Of a stretch of DNA of 64,000 bases, positions 18,812 to 29,800 are shown in pieces. The notes under the pieces were generated by a model. That model was not told where the DNA came from. It worked only from the letters and a program-made list of their open reading frames with translations, and made no database searches. Position 1 is the first letter of the stretch; each line of letters starts with the position of its first letter. The position numbers were made by a program, and so were the translations under genes. Source of the stretch: a virus (lineage: Duplodnaviria; Caudoviricetes); the IMG/VR virus record IMGVR_UViG_3300028833_003520. One strand, written 5' to 3'.

Positions 18812-21103
18812 ATGGGTTTCAGAAAGAAAAACGGAAAGCCTTCAAACGGAACACCTGAATCCGCAGACAAGCCTGCTGTTGCAGCAACGCCTGCAGAGTC
18901 TCCCAAGAAGGCGAAGAAAAAGGGTGTCGGTATGGCTTCCCTGTTTACGGAAACCGTACCTGAACAAGTTTTGGATGAACTCAATAGCAACACTCCCTTC
19001 ATCCTCGACATAGATGGAGAGAAGAAGTATATTGCAGTTCAGTTCACAGCCGAGGCTATTGGTGGTCTCGATAAAAAGACTTCAGCGAAGGATGAGGCTA
19101 AAGGACAGTTGGTTCAGCAACTTGATTCGGGTGCTATTTCCGCTTACTTTACGGCTCAGACTTTGGAAGACGAGGAAATTACCTTTATCCCTAATTCTAC
19201 TTCACTGATGAATGTAGAGGAGTTTGGTCTTGTAAGAAATCTTCCTTGGACATTTGTTACCATTGATGGTGACGGTACTATTGAGAAGACTTCGATTAAG
19301 ACAGGCTTTGATGAGGTCAAGGAAATTCTCGAAGGCAAGAAGAGTATTGACGATGTATTCGAAGGTGCTTTTGTAGGAAAGGATATTCCGACAGATGAAG
19401 CACCTGCAGATGAAGTCAAAGAGGAGCCTGAACTCACCGATATCGACTCAATTCCTTCAGAGATTGTTGACGATGTACCCGAAGGTGATTCTCCTGAAGA
19501 TGGTGAGGACGATGAGGTTCCTGCATTTGAAGAGGAACTTCCTGACGTTGGCGGAGATATGCCGTTAGTAGAAGTTCCTGAGTATGACGATGTTCCCGAA
19601 ACATCTGATTATGATGACATAGGTGGTCTTGATGAAGGCGAGGCTCCCGAAGAGGTAGAGGAAACAACTGATATTCCTTATGATGAAGACAGACCTTTCG
19701 ATTATGACGCAAAGTCTGTTAATGAGGAGATTATCAGACGTTTCTATTCAGATGAACTTGGTCTTGAGGTTTCAACAGAGCCGTTTGATGGTCATTATGT
19801 TCACGGTAACAAGTATCTTCCTTTCGAAGAAAATAGACCTGAAGGTTGGCTTAATAACTATCTCAACGAGATGTGTAGAAATGCCAATATTGAGATGAGC
19901 AGAATTCACGCTGAAAATCTTAATAAGATTAGGCAGTATTATCTCCAGACAATGGCGAAGCACTGTGAGGACATTACGAAGGAACTTGATGTTCAGAATA
20001 TGTCCACAACGTATGGTCAGTATAAGCAGAATATCGACCGTGAGAAGGAAGAGGCTATTGCTCATATTGATGATAAGGTTGCACAGAGGAAACTTGAACT
20101 CAATCAGGATTGGGATAGAAAGTTGTCTGAAGTAGCAGAGCAGGGTGCTCAGGATGCTCGTAATCGTTATCGTGAGAGATACGGAAGACAGCACGATGAT
20201 GACCTTACTCATATTGGACCTATCATCAGAGAAGAGATTGAGTCTAATTACACTCTCGATGTACGTCATCTTAATGAAGACCGTAAGGCAGAGGCTCTTA
20301 AGAGACTTGACTATGCGGTAAACGAGACGCTTGCCGAAGTAAATGTTCTTTATGAGAAGTTACTTGCTGAGGAAATCAAGCGTTACAGAGAGTGGGAAGG
20401 CGATATTCGTGACTATCTCGATGACAACCGTAAGAACGATGTTGCCCACGACCAGGCACTTGCCGAGGAACTCGCACAGAAGACTAAGGCAGATAAGTTG
20501 AATGAGGAATGGACAGCCAAGACTGCTGCTATGACAGAGGAGTTCGAGGCAAAGAAGGCATCTCTGCACGCCGACCTTGAGCGTATGGAGAAAGAGCACG
20601 CACTTGCTCTTAAGAAGCAGAACGACGATTGGCAGGAGAAGTTGGATTCTGAGAAGTCTATCGTTGCGTCACAGCGTGAGCAGATTGACGGACTTATTGA
20701 TAAGTATGCGGCTCTTGACGAGACCAAGAAGAAGGAATACGCATCATTTATTAACGAGTTGAAGAACGAGAAGGAAGCATCAGATAGCAAGTACAAGGAT
20801 ATGATGGAGTCTAATAAGAGTTCCAATCGTGTTGCTTTATTCGCTACGATTATCGGTGTTATCTGTGCTCTGGCAATCGGATTCCTTGCAGGTTATTTCG
20901 TATATGCAAAGATGTCTGCAAAGACAGCCGAAGAGCAGGTTATTGCTGAATATCAGGCTCGTATTGACGAGTTGGAGAGAAAGTATAATCTGACCACAGG
21001 TCAGAATGCAACAGATTCAACTGTAACTGTTACACCTGCTCCGACTGGTACTACTGAGACAACTACTGAGACATCAGAAGCAACATCAGAAACAACTAAC
21101 TAA
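18812..21103 (+). CDS. acidic/coiled-coil protein with C-terminal TM anchor (putative transfer apparatus component)
   Basis: D/E/P-rich linker, long heptad region, TM VALFATIIGVICALAIGFLAGYFVY; lies between the ClpB and VirD4 genes. Confidence 0.7.
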   Translation: MGFRKKNGKPSNGTPESADKPAVAATPAESPKKAKKKGVGMASLFTETVPEQVLDELNSNTPFILDIDGEKKYIAVQFTAEAIGGLDKKTSAKDEAKGQLVQQLDSGAISAYFTAQTLEDEEITFIPNSTSLMNVEEFGLVRNLPWTFVTIDGDGTIEKTSIKTGFDEVKEILEGKKSIDDVFEGAFVGKDIPTDEAPADEVKEEPELTDIDSIPSEIVDDVPEGDSPEDGEDDEVPAFEEELPDVGGDMPLVEVPEYDDVPETSDYDDIGGLDEGEAPEEVEETTDIPYDEDRPFDYDAKSVNEEIIRRFYSDELGLEVSTEPFDGHYVHGNKYLPFEENRPEGWLNNYLNEMCRNANIEMSRIHAENLNKIRQYYLQTMAKHCEDITKELDVQNMSTTYGQYKQNIDREKEEAIAHIDDKVAQRKLELNQDWDRKLSEVAEQGAQDARNRYRERYGRQHDDDLTHIGPIIREEIESNYTLDVRHLNEDRKAEALKRLDYAVNETLAEVNVLYEKLLAEEIKRYREWEGDIRDYLDDNRKNDVAHDQALAEELAQKTKADKLNEEWTAKTAAMTEEFEAKKASLHADLERMEKEHALALKKQNDDWQEKLDSEKSIVASQREQIDGLIDKYAALDETKKKEYASFINELKNEKEASDSKYKDMMESNKSSNRVALFATIIGVICALAIGFLAGYFVYAKMSAKTAEEQVIAEYQARIDELERKYNLTTGQNATDSTVTVTPAPTGTTETTTETSEATSETTN

Positions 21104-21202
21104 TAGTTGGAGAACGGTATATGAACCCATAAGGACATTGGGTGTGGGGCTTTGCATTAAAGTCCCTACACCCTGTTCTTATATACGGAAGGAGAGAAAA
21201 TC

Positions 21203-24200
21203 GTGGCAAAGCGAAATTGGGATTTAGTTCGTAAACAGCAGAACGCTGATAAGTTGCAATATCGTGATGTATATGAAGACCAGCAGATGGAACGAAGCAA
21301 GTTGCCTGCAAAGCAGACAGCGACGGCTCGTACCATATTTGCTATCGTAGTTGCTCTTATGGCTGCAGGTGCAGCGTATGCGATTGCGTGTGTCTTCGGT
21401 TCATTGTTTAGCGGTTTAGGGGATATAGGAAGTACAGATACAGGTTCAGGGGGACAGGGTACTGTCATAGAACAGCCTTCGGAAACCGCTTCATCAACAG
21501 GTGTCAGAATCGAGAGTGGCACTGTTATTAAGGATTCCGTTGTTGTTATCAGTACAACGACAGGTGAGACATTAGATACTTGGGTTTATACGAACCTTGA
21601 TAACGGTGACGTAAGGTATATCTGTGATGCTCATCCTGGTTATTCTTTTGCAACAGAGTATGAAATCGCAGATGGTTACAAAAATGGCGTATGGTATTTA
21701 GATGAAGCCGCACAGCAGAGTGCTACATCAGTTTATTGGGATTACCATACGACGTGGATGACACTTTATCGTGGTGACCCGAACGGGGAACACACGGAAA
21801 TAGATACTTGGGAAAATACAGGTGGTGTTTATGGTGAGCAGTACACTTGCTCTAATCATCCGTCTTTCAGTTTTAGCGACCAAGAATCCGTTGAGGCTCA
21901 TTATGATTCCGAAGGTAATTGGTCAGATACAGTAGTTTCACAAGGTAATGCAGGACAGGAAAGTTCTACAGATAGCGGTGATATGCCGTCTATATCCTTT
22001 GGTGTGGACTGGACTCCTTCATTCGGTAAGATTTTATTTGCAATAGCCGTTGGTGGTATTGTTTTTGCTCTTTTACACACGGCTATGATGCGTAACTTGA
22101 AAGCACAGAATATGCTTTCAGATACCTCTGATATTAACCAATATCAGAACGACCAGCATATTGCTCTCCCTGAAGAAATTCAGGAGAAGTTTGACTGGTT
22201 TCCCGATGTTGGTGCGACCTCGGATGTACAATTCTCGTCAATGATTTCGCATATGGCTCTTTCTAACAAGGGTATTAAGAAAGTCAAGTTCTCGAAGCGT
22301 GCAGATAAGGATATCTACGACGCAGACGGAGATATTGAATACTATAAGGGCGAAGTTCTTCTTGATGATAATGGACAGCCGATTCAAACAGAGGTTCCGA
22401 TGTTTGATGAGCAGTTTATGGAAGACCTTTTTACTGCTTCAGGTGCTCCCCCGAAGGATAAAACGATTCGTAAGTATTACGATGCGACGAAGATTAAGTA
22501 TAATCCTGACGGAAGCAATCGAGATAAACTTGGCAAGTATAACACAGTTGCAGACCTTATCAATGCCGATTGGGAATTGCCTTATTATGAACCTCAAAGA
22601 CCTGCAGGTGCATATATCGTAGATACTGCTCCTGTAAATACGATGGTCTTGGCTATTACCCGTGCAGGTAAAGGTCAGACTGTAATCGAGCCTACGCTCG
22701 ATATGTGGATGCGTGAGAGAAGACCTAACAATATGGTTATAAATGACCCGAAGGGTGAGTTGCTCGTTAAGAACTATGTTAGAGCAACTGTTAGAGGTTT
22801 CCAAGTTGTTCAGTTTAACCTTATCAACGCTATGAAAACCGACATTTATAATCCGTTAGGAATGGCAGCAGAAGCCGCACGAGAAGGAGACTTCACCAAA
22901 TGTGCAATGTACGTCGAGAACATCGCAGATGTATTCTTCCCTCTTGACGGTGGTGATGACCCTGTGTGGCCTAATGCTGCGAACAACGCATTTAAGAGAG
23001 CATCTTATGGTCTTATCGACTATTATCTTGAGGAAGAAAAGGAGTTACGCCTTTTCGCCGAAAGAACGAAGATGGACGAAAAGATACTTGAGGCTAAATT
23101 GGACGAGATGTGGGGTAAAGTTACGCTTTACAACACTTATCAGTTGTTCGTTCAGTTGACTTCGAAGAAGTTAAAGAACCCTTCTGTTGAATTCGCAAAG
23201 AAGGCAAAAGAGGGTGAATATGATAATCTTTCTGATGAGGATTATGATATCGAACTTAATAAGGTTGAGAGACAGTCTTTACTTTGGGAAGACAAGCCTG
23301 AGTGTGACCTGTTGACCTTGTACTTCAATGCAACAGATGCGTTGCCGAGAAACTCAATGAGAACTCTCGTTGCAAACGCAAACAATGCGTTGAAGGCGAT
23401 GGCTGGTGCTGAGAAGATGATGGCATCCGTTTACGGTATTGCTATCACGGCTATGTCGTTCTTCACAGACCCGACGATTTCAACACTGACATCAGGCACA
23501 CCTTCGCAGAATGTTGACCTTGCAGGTCTTTCATTCCCTCGAAGATTAGGCGTAAGATTTAACTCAGACTTCGTGCATAACTATCATCTGATTGGTATGC
23601 AGGCAAAATGGATGAGTTACGAGGACGATAAGTTTACGAAGGAACTCGGTAAAGACTTTTATCACGAAGACCTTATTACAAGAGAAGGTTGGGCAAAGTA
23701 TTACTTCAAGGGCAAGTACCCTAATGATGTTGCTTATGTTAAGTTATCTATCGTTAATCCGAAGACGGAATTGACAATCAGAACATTCTACTTCCAGTTT
23801 AAGAAGAACTATCAGACTTCATTGGACGGACGTAAGTACGTGCTTGACCCTGTACTCAATGAGAAGATAGTTAAGAATGGTATTCTGACAGAGTTGAGAC
23901 CGTTCAGACAGGAGACGAAGGATGGTAAGCAGGTATTAGTACCGCTTGCTATGGGTGAAAAGCCTGATGCGAACACAGTTTATAAGAAAGGTAAGACGAC
24001 TTTTGCTCAGGATAAGATTATCAATATCACTGGCGACTCCACGAGGGGACAGGTTCAGACCAATGCTATTATCAGAACGATGGCTCGTTATGCAGAAAAG
24101 CCGAAGATGGTATTCTTGGTTACACCTCCTCACTTGATGAAGTATGCGAAGTTGATTCTTATTCTTATCAAGCAGTTGGTTGACTTGAACTTCGACCAGT

Positions 24201-25579
24201 CTTATATGACGAAATCCAATCAGAAGCCTCTCTATAAGACGAGATTTATGTTGGATGAGTTAGGTAACCTTCAGTCCGAAGGACACGGTATTTCAGGCTT
24301 TGAAACGATGCTTTCTATCGGTCTTGGTCAGGAACAGCAGTTTACTCTTATCTTGCAGACATTACAGCAGTTGAGAGACGTTTATGGAGACTCTGTTGAT
24401 AAAATCGTTCAGGGTAACACATCTAACATTGTGTTCCTTAAATCAACGGATGACTCAATGCTTGATACTCTGCAGAAAATGTCTGGTACAACGCATAAGT
24501 CTTTTACTGATTCAAAGACAGTAACAAGGGATATGCAGGAGATTTTCCAAGGTATGAGTGCTAACGAAGGTAAGGCATCTTATACGATGACTACTAAGGA
24601 AGTGCCTGTTATTTCGTACAACGATATGGCGTTCATTTCTGAGCGTAATAGTATTGTGTTCCGTGCAGGTGATGCACCGATTTGGAACAGAAACGAGACT
24701 ATCCTTCCGATGTCTTGGAGACTTTTCAAGAATACTATTACACAGCCTGGTAAGGAATATACCTTGCAGACGATACCGACACTTTCTTCGGCTATCGACT
24801 TCGATGTACGTAAGAATCAGCCTGACTTCCAGAAGATGCTTGATAAGCGTATGGCTCAAGCAAATAAGGCTCCTGATGCAAAGAGTTTGTATCAGATGTC
24901 TTATGATTTCACTGATTATCAGATGGAACAGCAGGACCCTGATATTCTCGCAGATGAAATTATGGATATCATTAACACATATATCCGTGAGGCAAATACT
25001 GACGAGGAAGAAGAGGAAGTATTTGACTATGATTTCGGCGAAGACGATATGTGGGGTTTTGCAGAAGATGATAGTTCAACACAGGAAATGGTCAGTGCTA
25101 TCGCTAATGGACAGTCAATCCCTGTTAATGGCGTAGATAAGACCTTTGTAGGTGTTGATAAAACTGCTTCAGAGAAGCGTTTCGCAGGCGGTCTCTTATC
25201 ACCTGATATGCTCGTCAATGCGTCAGGTATAAACCATAGTCTTGATAAAGACATCATTAAGGTTTACACAGATATTAAAGGCGACTTATGGCGTGATACA
25301 GCGTACTTTGTTGTACGCAATGGAGACCTTTATGGTATTAACAATGAGCCTTATATCATTAAGGCAGATAACTCCGAAGCCCTTGAGGTATTGAATAATG
25401 CCGCCAAGGATGAAGATAGTAACGTCTATGGTGACGAGGATATTGATATATCTGAAGTCCATTCATTCGGCACTTATACAGTAACGGATGGTTTCTATCG
25501 CTTCCTTGCAGGGCAGAAGAGGTGGTCTTTCGCAAACGGTAAGTTTGAAGAGGCTATGTATCGACAATTAGATTCGTAA
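21203..25579 (+). CDS. virD4: VirD4/TraG-type type IV coupling protein
   Basis: Two N-terminal TMs flanking an extracellular domain; Walker A AITRAGKGQT; VINDPKGEL; YNPL; Walker B FMLDELGNL; LILQTLQQL...YG; NTSNIVFL. Confidence 0.88.
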   Translation: MAKRNWDLVRKQQNADKLQYRDVYEDQQMERSKLPAKQTATARTIFAIVVALMAAGAAYAIACVFGSLFSGLGDIGSTDTGSGGQGTVIEQPSETASSTGVRIESGTVIKDSVVVISTTTGETLDTWVYTNLDNGDVRYICDAHPGYSFATEYEIADGYKNGVWYLDEAAQQSATSVYWDYHTTWMTLYRGDPNGEHTEIDTWENTGGVYGEQYTCSNHPSFSFSDQESVEAHYDSEGNWSDTVVSQGNAGQESSTDSGDMPSISFGVDWTPSFGKILFAIAVGGIVFALLHTAMMRNLKAQNMLSDTSDINQYQNDQHIALPEEIQEKFDWFPDVGATSDVQFSSMISHMALSNKGIKKVKFSKRADKDIYDADGDIEYYKGEVLLDDNGQPIQTEVPMFDEQFMEDLFTASGAPPKDKTIRKYYDATKIKYNPDGSNRDKLGKYNTVADLINADWELPYYEPQRPAGAYIVDTAPVNTMVLAITRAGKGQTVIEPTLDMWMRERRPNNMVINDPKGELLVKNYVRATVRGFQVVQFNLINAMKTDIYNPLGMAAEAAREGDFTKCAMYVENIADVFFPLDGGDDPVWPNAANNAFKRASYGLIDYYLEEEKELRLFAERTKMDEKILEAKLDEMWGKVTLYNTYQLFVQLTSKKLKNPSVEFAKKAKEGEYDNLSDEDYDIELNKVERQSLLWEDKPECDLLTLYFNATDALPRNSMRTLVANANNALKAMAGAEKMMASVYGIAITAMSFFTDPTISTLTSGTPSQNVDLAGLSFPRRLGVRFNSDFVHNYHLIGMQAKWMSYEDDKFTKELGKDFYHEDLITREGWAKYYFKGKYPNDVAYVKLSIVNPKTELTIRTFYFQFKKNYQTSLDGRKYVLDPVLNEKIVKNGILTELRPFRQETKDGKQVLVPLAMGEKPDANTVYKKGKTTFAQDKIINITGDSTRGQVQTNAIIRTMARYAEKPKMVFLVTPPHLMKYAKLILILIKQLVDLNFDQSYMTKSNQKPLYKTRFMLDELGNLQSEGHGISGFETMLSIGLGQEQQFTLILQTLQQLRDVYGDSVDKIVQGNTSNIVFLKSTDDSMLDTLQKMSGTTHKSFTDSKTVTRDMQEIFQGMSANEGKASYTMTTKEVPVISYNDMAFISERNSIVFRAGDAPIWNRNETILPMSWRLFKNTITQPGKEYTLQTIPTLSSAIDFDVRKNQPDFQKMLDKRMAQANKAPDAKSLYQMSYDFTDYQMEQQDPDILADEIMDIINTYIREANTDEEEEEVFDYDFGEDDMWGFAEDDSSTQEMVSAIANGQSIPVNGVDKTFVGVDKTASEKRFAGGLLSPDMLVNASGINHSLDKDIIKVYTDIKGDLWRDTAYFVVRNGDLYGINNEPYIIKADNSEALEVLNNAAKDEDSNVYGDEDIDISEVHSFGTYTVTDGFYRFLAGQKRWSFANGKFEEAMYRQLDS

Positions 25580-25653
25580 GTGTCCATCATAATTCTTCTT
25601 TTCTTGAGACAGGTTCAGTTTCGGCTGAGCCTGTTTCTACTTTTTAGAGCAAG

Positions 25654-25772
25654 AAAAAAAAAAATCGCCCTTTCATAGAAAGGACGACTTTTTAAGAAAA
25701 GGAAATATATGAGAATATTGATTACTTCTATCAATATTTGTCATTGTTTTTAACGCTGTATTTATTTTACCA
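25654..25772 (-). ncRNA. predicted sRNA with the same architecture as the 10-11 kb array
   Basis: Minus-strand TGGTAAAAT (25772-25764); body containing UUCUCAUAUAUUUCCUUUUCU (anti-AUG/anti-SD); terminator GUCGUCCUUUC-UAU-GAAAGGGCGAU plus U-tract. Confidence 0.5.
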
Positions 25773-25812
25773 TTCTTTGCCACATCTATTTCTGTAAAAA
25801 GTGCAAAATAGA

Positions 25813-25878
25813 CTAATATGCAAGATATTGCTTGTTAAGGGTGATTTTATCGTCTAATATGCAAGATATTGCATATTA
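25813..25878. promoter_or_regulatory. duplicated palindromic operator TAATATGCAA-n4-TTGCATATTA
   Basis: CTAATATGCAAGATATTGC at 25813 and 25854; second copy is a full inverted repeat. Confidence 0.6.
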
Positions 25879-26089
25879 ACATTATTGTCAGATGGCTGAA
25901 TCGCATTTTGTAAATCACCATAAAGATTCAGACAGGCTACCGAAACGAGATAAAACCGTTGAGGGAGAAAAGACGCAAATAGAGACGGCATTCGCGTTGC
26001 CGTGATAATTGCAACTGCGAGAGCCAAACGGTTGCGGATAAGTCTGATACTTTATGTATATTCTGACAATGATTCTTAATAAGTATAAC

Positions 26090-26118
26090 TTGACAATCTC
26101 CATATATGGCGTTATACT
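26090..26118 (+). promoter_or_regulatory. CCATATATGG promoter (copy 2), upstream of the RNAP operon
   Basis: TTGACA-atctCCATATATGGcgt-TATACT. Confidence 0.85.
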
Positions 26119-26185
26119 GACTTCAGTGGGCAAGGCTCACAATTCTGTATGTATTCTTATAATTTTCGAAAGGAGAAATAAGACA

Positions 26186-26812
26186 ATGGCTAAGGAACTT
26201 AAAAAGCAGTCTGGTTCTAAAGAACAGTCTGTGAGCCGTGAGACGAAGAAAGCCCTTGAAAAGCAGGCAGCATTAGTCGAGAAGCAGGCAAAAGACCGTG
26301 AAAAGCAGGTTGCTAAAGAGAAGGCAAAGGGTGTTGGTAAGGCAGGTATTGGTGTACTCAAGATTGCCACAGGTAACCCTATTCTTGCTATAGGCGGTGT
26401 TGCAAATCTCGCAAATGGTGCAGGTAAGACTGCGAAGGCTGAGAAGAATGTCGAGAAGAAGAATGATAAGGCTCTTGCAAAGCAGGAGAAGAAACTTCAG
26501 AAGGCACTCGATAAGGACCTTCAGGGTAAGACTGAAGCAGAGAAGGCTGCAATCAAGGCTGATTTTGAGGCAGAATCTCAGAAGGTTAAGGAAACTCATA
26601 ATCTTGAGCAGTCCACAAATCTCCAGACAACAACTGTTGCTGATATTAAGGCTCAGGAGAAGACGGTCAAGGCGAAGGAAAAGGCTAAAGCCGAGGTTGA
26701 TAAAGCAGAGAAGCGTGACACTCGTGTCAAGAAGGCAGAGAATAAACTCAATGTCAAGCAGATTGAAGCCAATGCTCAGGCACAGGCACAGTCTGACGGT
26801 TACGGTTACTAA
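26186..26812 (+). CDS. Lys/Ala-rich protein with Gly-rich hydrophobic hairpin
   Basis: AAAGGAG RBS before ATG 26186; GVGKAGIGVLKIATGNPILAIGGVANL; architecture like 51515..52189. Confidence 0.75.
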   Translation: MAKELKKQSGSKEQSVSRETKKALEKQAALVEKQAKDREKQVAKEKAKGVGKAGIGVLKIATGNPILAIGGVANLANGAGKTAKAEKNVEKKNDKALAKQEKKLQKALDKDLQGKTEAEKAAIKADFEAESQKVKETHNLEQSTNLQTTTVADIKAQEKTVKAKEKAKAEVDKAEKRDTRVKKAENKLNVKQIEANAQAQAQSDGYGY

Positions 26813-26887
26813 TAACATAACGAAGCGAGGAAGGTGGAGGGAACTTCACCTTCTATCGTATTTCGTTAGATAAGGGGAACAAATTTT

Positions 26888-29800
26888 ATGGCTTATAGCG
26901 TTGCTTATAAAGATTGGTTATTTAACTGCGGTAATCGTAGTGAATATATCATCTATCGTGCAATAGAAGAATTCAGTAGGCAGAGAGAAGAACGGGGCGA
27001 TAGACCCGTTTCTCTTAGTGAGGGAGTCGCTTTGCGTCAGCAGATTCTTAAGAATCTTGAAAGCAATCCCGAAATCAATAGTTATGTTTCTGATGCATAC
27101 GATATAGGTTTGAAGTCACTTTCAAACCGTATTCAGATGAATCCTATCTTGATGTCAATTCAAGCAGAGGGTTCATTTGCGAAGATTTTCGGTGGAAAGT
27201 CTTATGAGAATGTATCGAAGGAACAGTTAGATAGCATTATCGTGACACAGGAAAACAAAGCAAAAGATAGACGAGAATCTTTTATTGAGTCTATCAATGA
27301 GGTTTTGCCTGGCATCGAACTTAATGAAGAAAAGTTCAATAACTTAATTACGACTTATACGAATGCGGTAGTAAGTGTTAGGAACAATGGTTCATATTCT
27401 TATGAGCCTGCGGTGCCTTTGTCACCGTATTGTCCTGCATTTACGACTCGTAGTTTTACTTATAAAAATCCTGCGTTGTCTTTGATGAAGAAGTCAGATA
27501 AGCAAACAGCAGATGGCAATTATGCCGATTTTGTACGCATTTATCATCCGACAAGAGATGATATCGAGGACCAGTACGACGATTTCATTCGTTTCTATAA
27601 GGCGGAGTATGCAACTTTTGGTGAGAATACTAAAGGTCGTGGCGATAGTGCCAAGACCAATATTATTAAGACCGATGTTCCTACTTTCTACACGAATGAA
27701 GATGATTTCTATCTGAATGGTTTGAGAAAATACTTGACAGAAGAAGATGCAGCGAAGGTTATTAAGCATTGTAATCGTTTCGTAGATAGAACAGGCACAC
27801 CTTATAAGCGTGCCAATATGAAGAAAAGTATGGAATTGCTCCAGCGTATCGCTGAGGCTGGTTACGACTATACTATAGTACCGAAAGCAGGCGGTCAGGT
27901 TGATTGCCGTGTTTCCGTGTTGGGTTCTAATTACGATATAAGTATGATACCTCAACCAAACCAGTCCTTTGCGTATAACTTCGGTAGAGTATTTTGTCGT
28001 GAGAGTGGTGTTTCCTATAACCTGAATACACAGAATAAGTCTCCTGAAAAGGGTTACAAATACGAACCCTACGAAGCAAGTGTAACAGATGCTATGAATC
28101 TGTTGAAGTTTGCTATGGGAGAACCTGTTACTGTTGATACAAAGAATAATGTACCTTTAGGTAAGCACCGTTTGATTTCGTTCAACACTCCGAAGGGAAC
28201 AGTATATCGTAATAACGCATATTATAATAAGGGTAATGAGCAGATAAAGAACTTTACTGCTTACTATGGTCGTTCTTCTGACGGTGTAAACGTATTCTTG
28301 AAGGCTAATACTTCTGAGGTTACACCGAAGACGGCTCGTTTTGGTAGGAAAGGCGTTTCAAAGGAAGAAGACGCTGAACTTCATCTTAAAGAGTGGATTG
28401 AGTCTGCAAGACAGACATACACTGACGAGATGGATTTGGAGAATCTTATTCGTGAAGCAAGAGACCATCAGAATGACCCTGATTATGAGTTTAGATTCTC
28501 AGGTGTACCTGAAATCTATGCTATGCAGAAGAATTACTGGAATGTTCTCACAGGCAAAGAGCACGCTCTTGCTAAAGTAGGTCAAGATGACGATGAGTTT
28601 GATGAAGTTGGTGTTGAGAGAGCATATTATGAAGGCTCTCCTGAAGACAAAGTGCGTCAGCATTTTGCAGATTCCATTCATCACGATATCGGCACTTTTG
28701 AGCCTGATGCAAATGGTAAGAGGTATAGCATATATGGTCTTACCAATTATGCTGTAACTGACTTTAACTCAACTCGTTTCAGATTATCTGTTGTAGCAGC
28801 AACTAATCTGTTAGGCTTTAAGCCTGATGAGTTACAAGATACAGATGCTCAAGGCGATAGCGTAAAGAATATGCTTATCCGTTATGATGAAAAGACGGCA
28901 CAGCCTATTTTCCATCACGAGAGCAAATTCGTTCGTAATATGGGTTCCGTTATTAAGGACACTCTTCAGCAGAGTGGTATCGTAATTGAGGATGACGATA
29001 TTACGATTGACGATAACGGTATCGTGCAGTACAAGGGTAAAAAGGTCATTAACGGAGAATTCCGTCGTGACCCGAAGGCTAAGCGATATGGCACAGTTAG
29101 TATCGAAGATGGCTTGGATAAGCCTGAAGAAGTTGTAGGTCATATCGGTCAGATTTTTGCTCCTGAAGGCAAGTACAACACAGTTACAACGAAGTTTGCA
29201 GGCACAAAGAACTATATGTTCGTGCCTGGATATACAGCGAAGATATTGCCACAGAAAGATGGCGAGAATTTGCCTTATGAGGCAAGAACTCGTCTGTTGG
29301 GTTATGAGCAGTTGATGAGTCAGCGAATCAGGTCTCAGTTGCGTAGTGACCTCTTTATGACCATAGATAACTATGATGGTGCAGCATTAGGTATGAACAC
29401 ATCTCTGAATAAGGTTTATACGAACCTTTATGATGTGCGTCATCCTGTGGACTATATCGAGCGTTCAAGGGAAGAGGGAATGGATGACAGTTTCCTTGAG
29501 GCTGTTCTTGCTACAGAGGCACGCAGAGTCAGATATGATAGTGTCTATAAAGAACAGGCGACACTTAATGCTTATTATCAGGCATATACTCATAAGAGTA
29601 CGCTTATTGATGATAGAAATGTCAACCCTCTCACTCTGACAGGCTTTAGAAATATGGCTATTATGACAGAGGAAGGCGATGGGTATTTTGACCCTGATGC
29701 TACTTCCACTGGTATGAACCAAGGTGTTACAAGATACCTTGTCGAGAGTGCAGAAGTATTACCTGACGGTAGTATCAAGCGTGGCGACTTGGATGATAAG

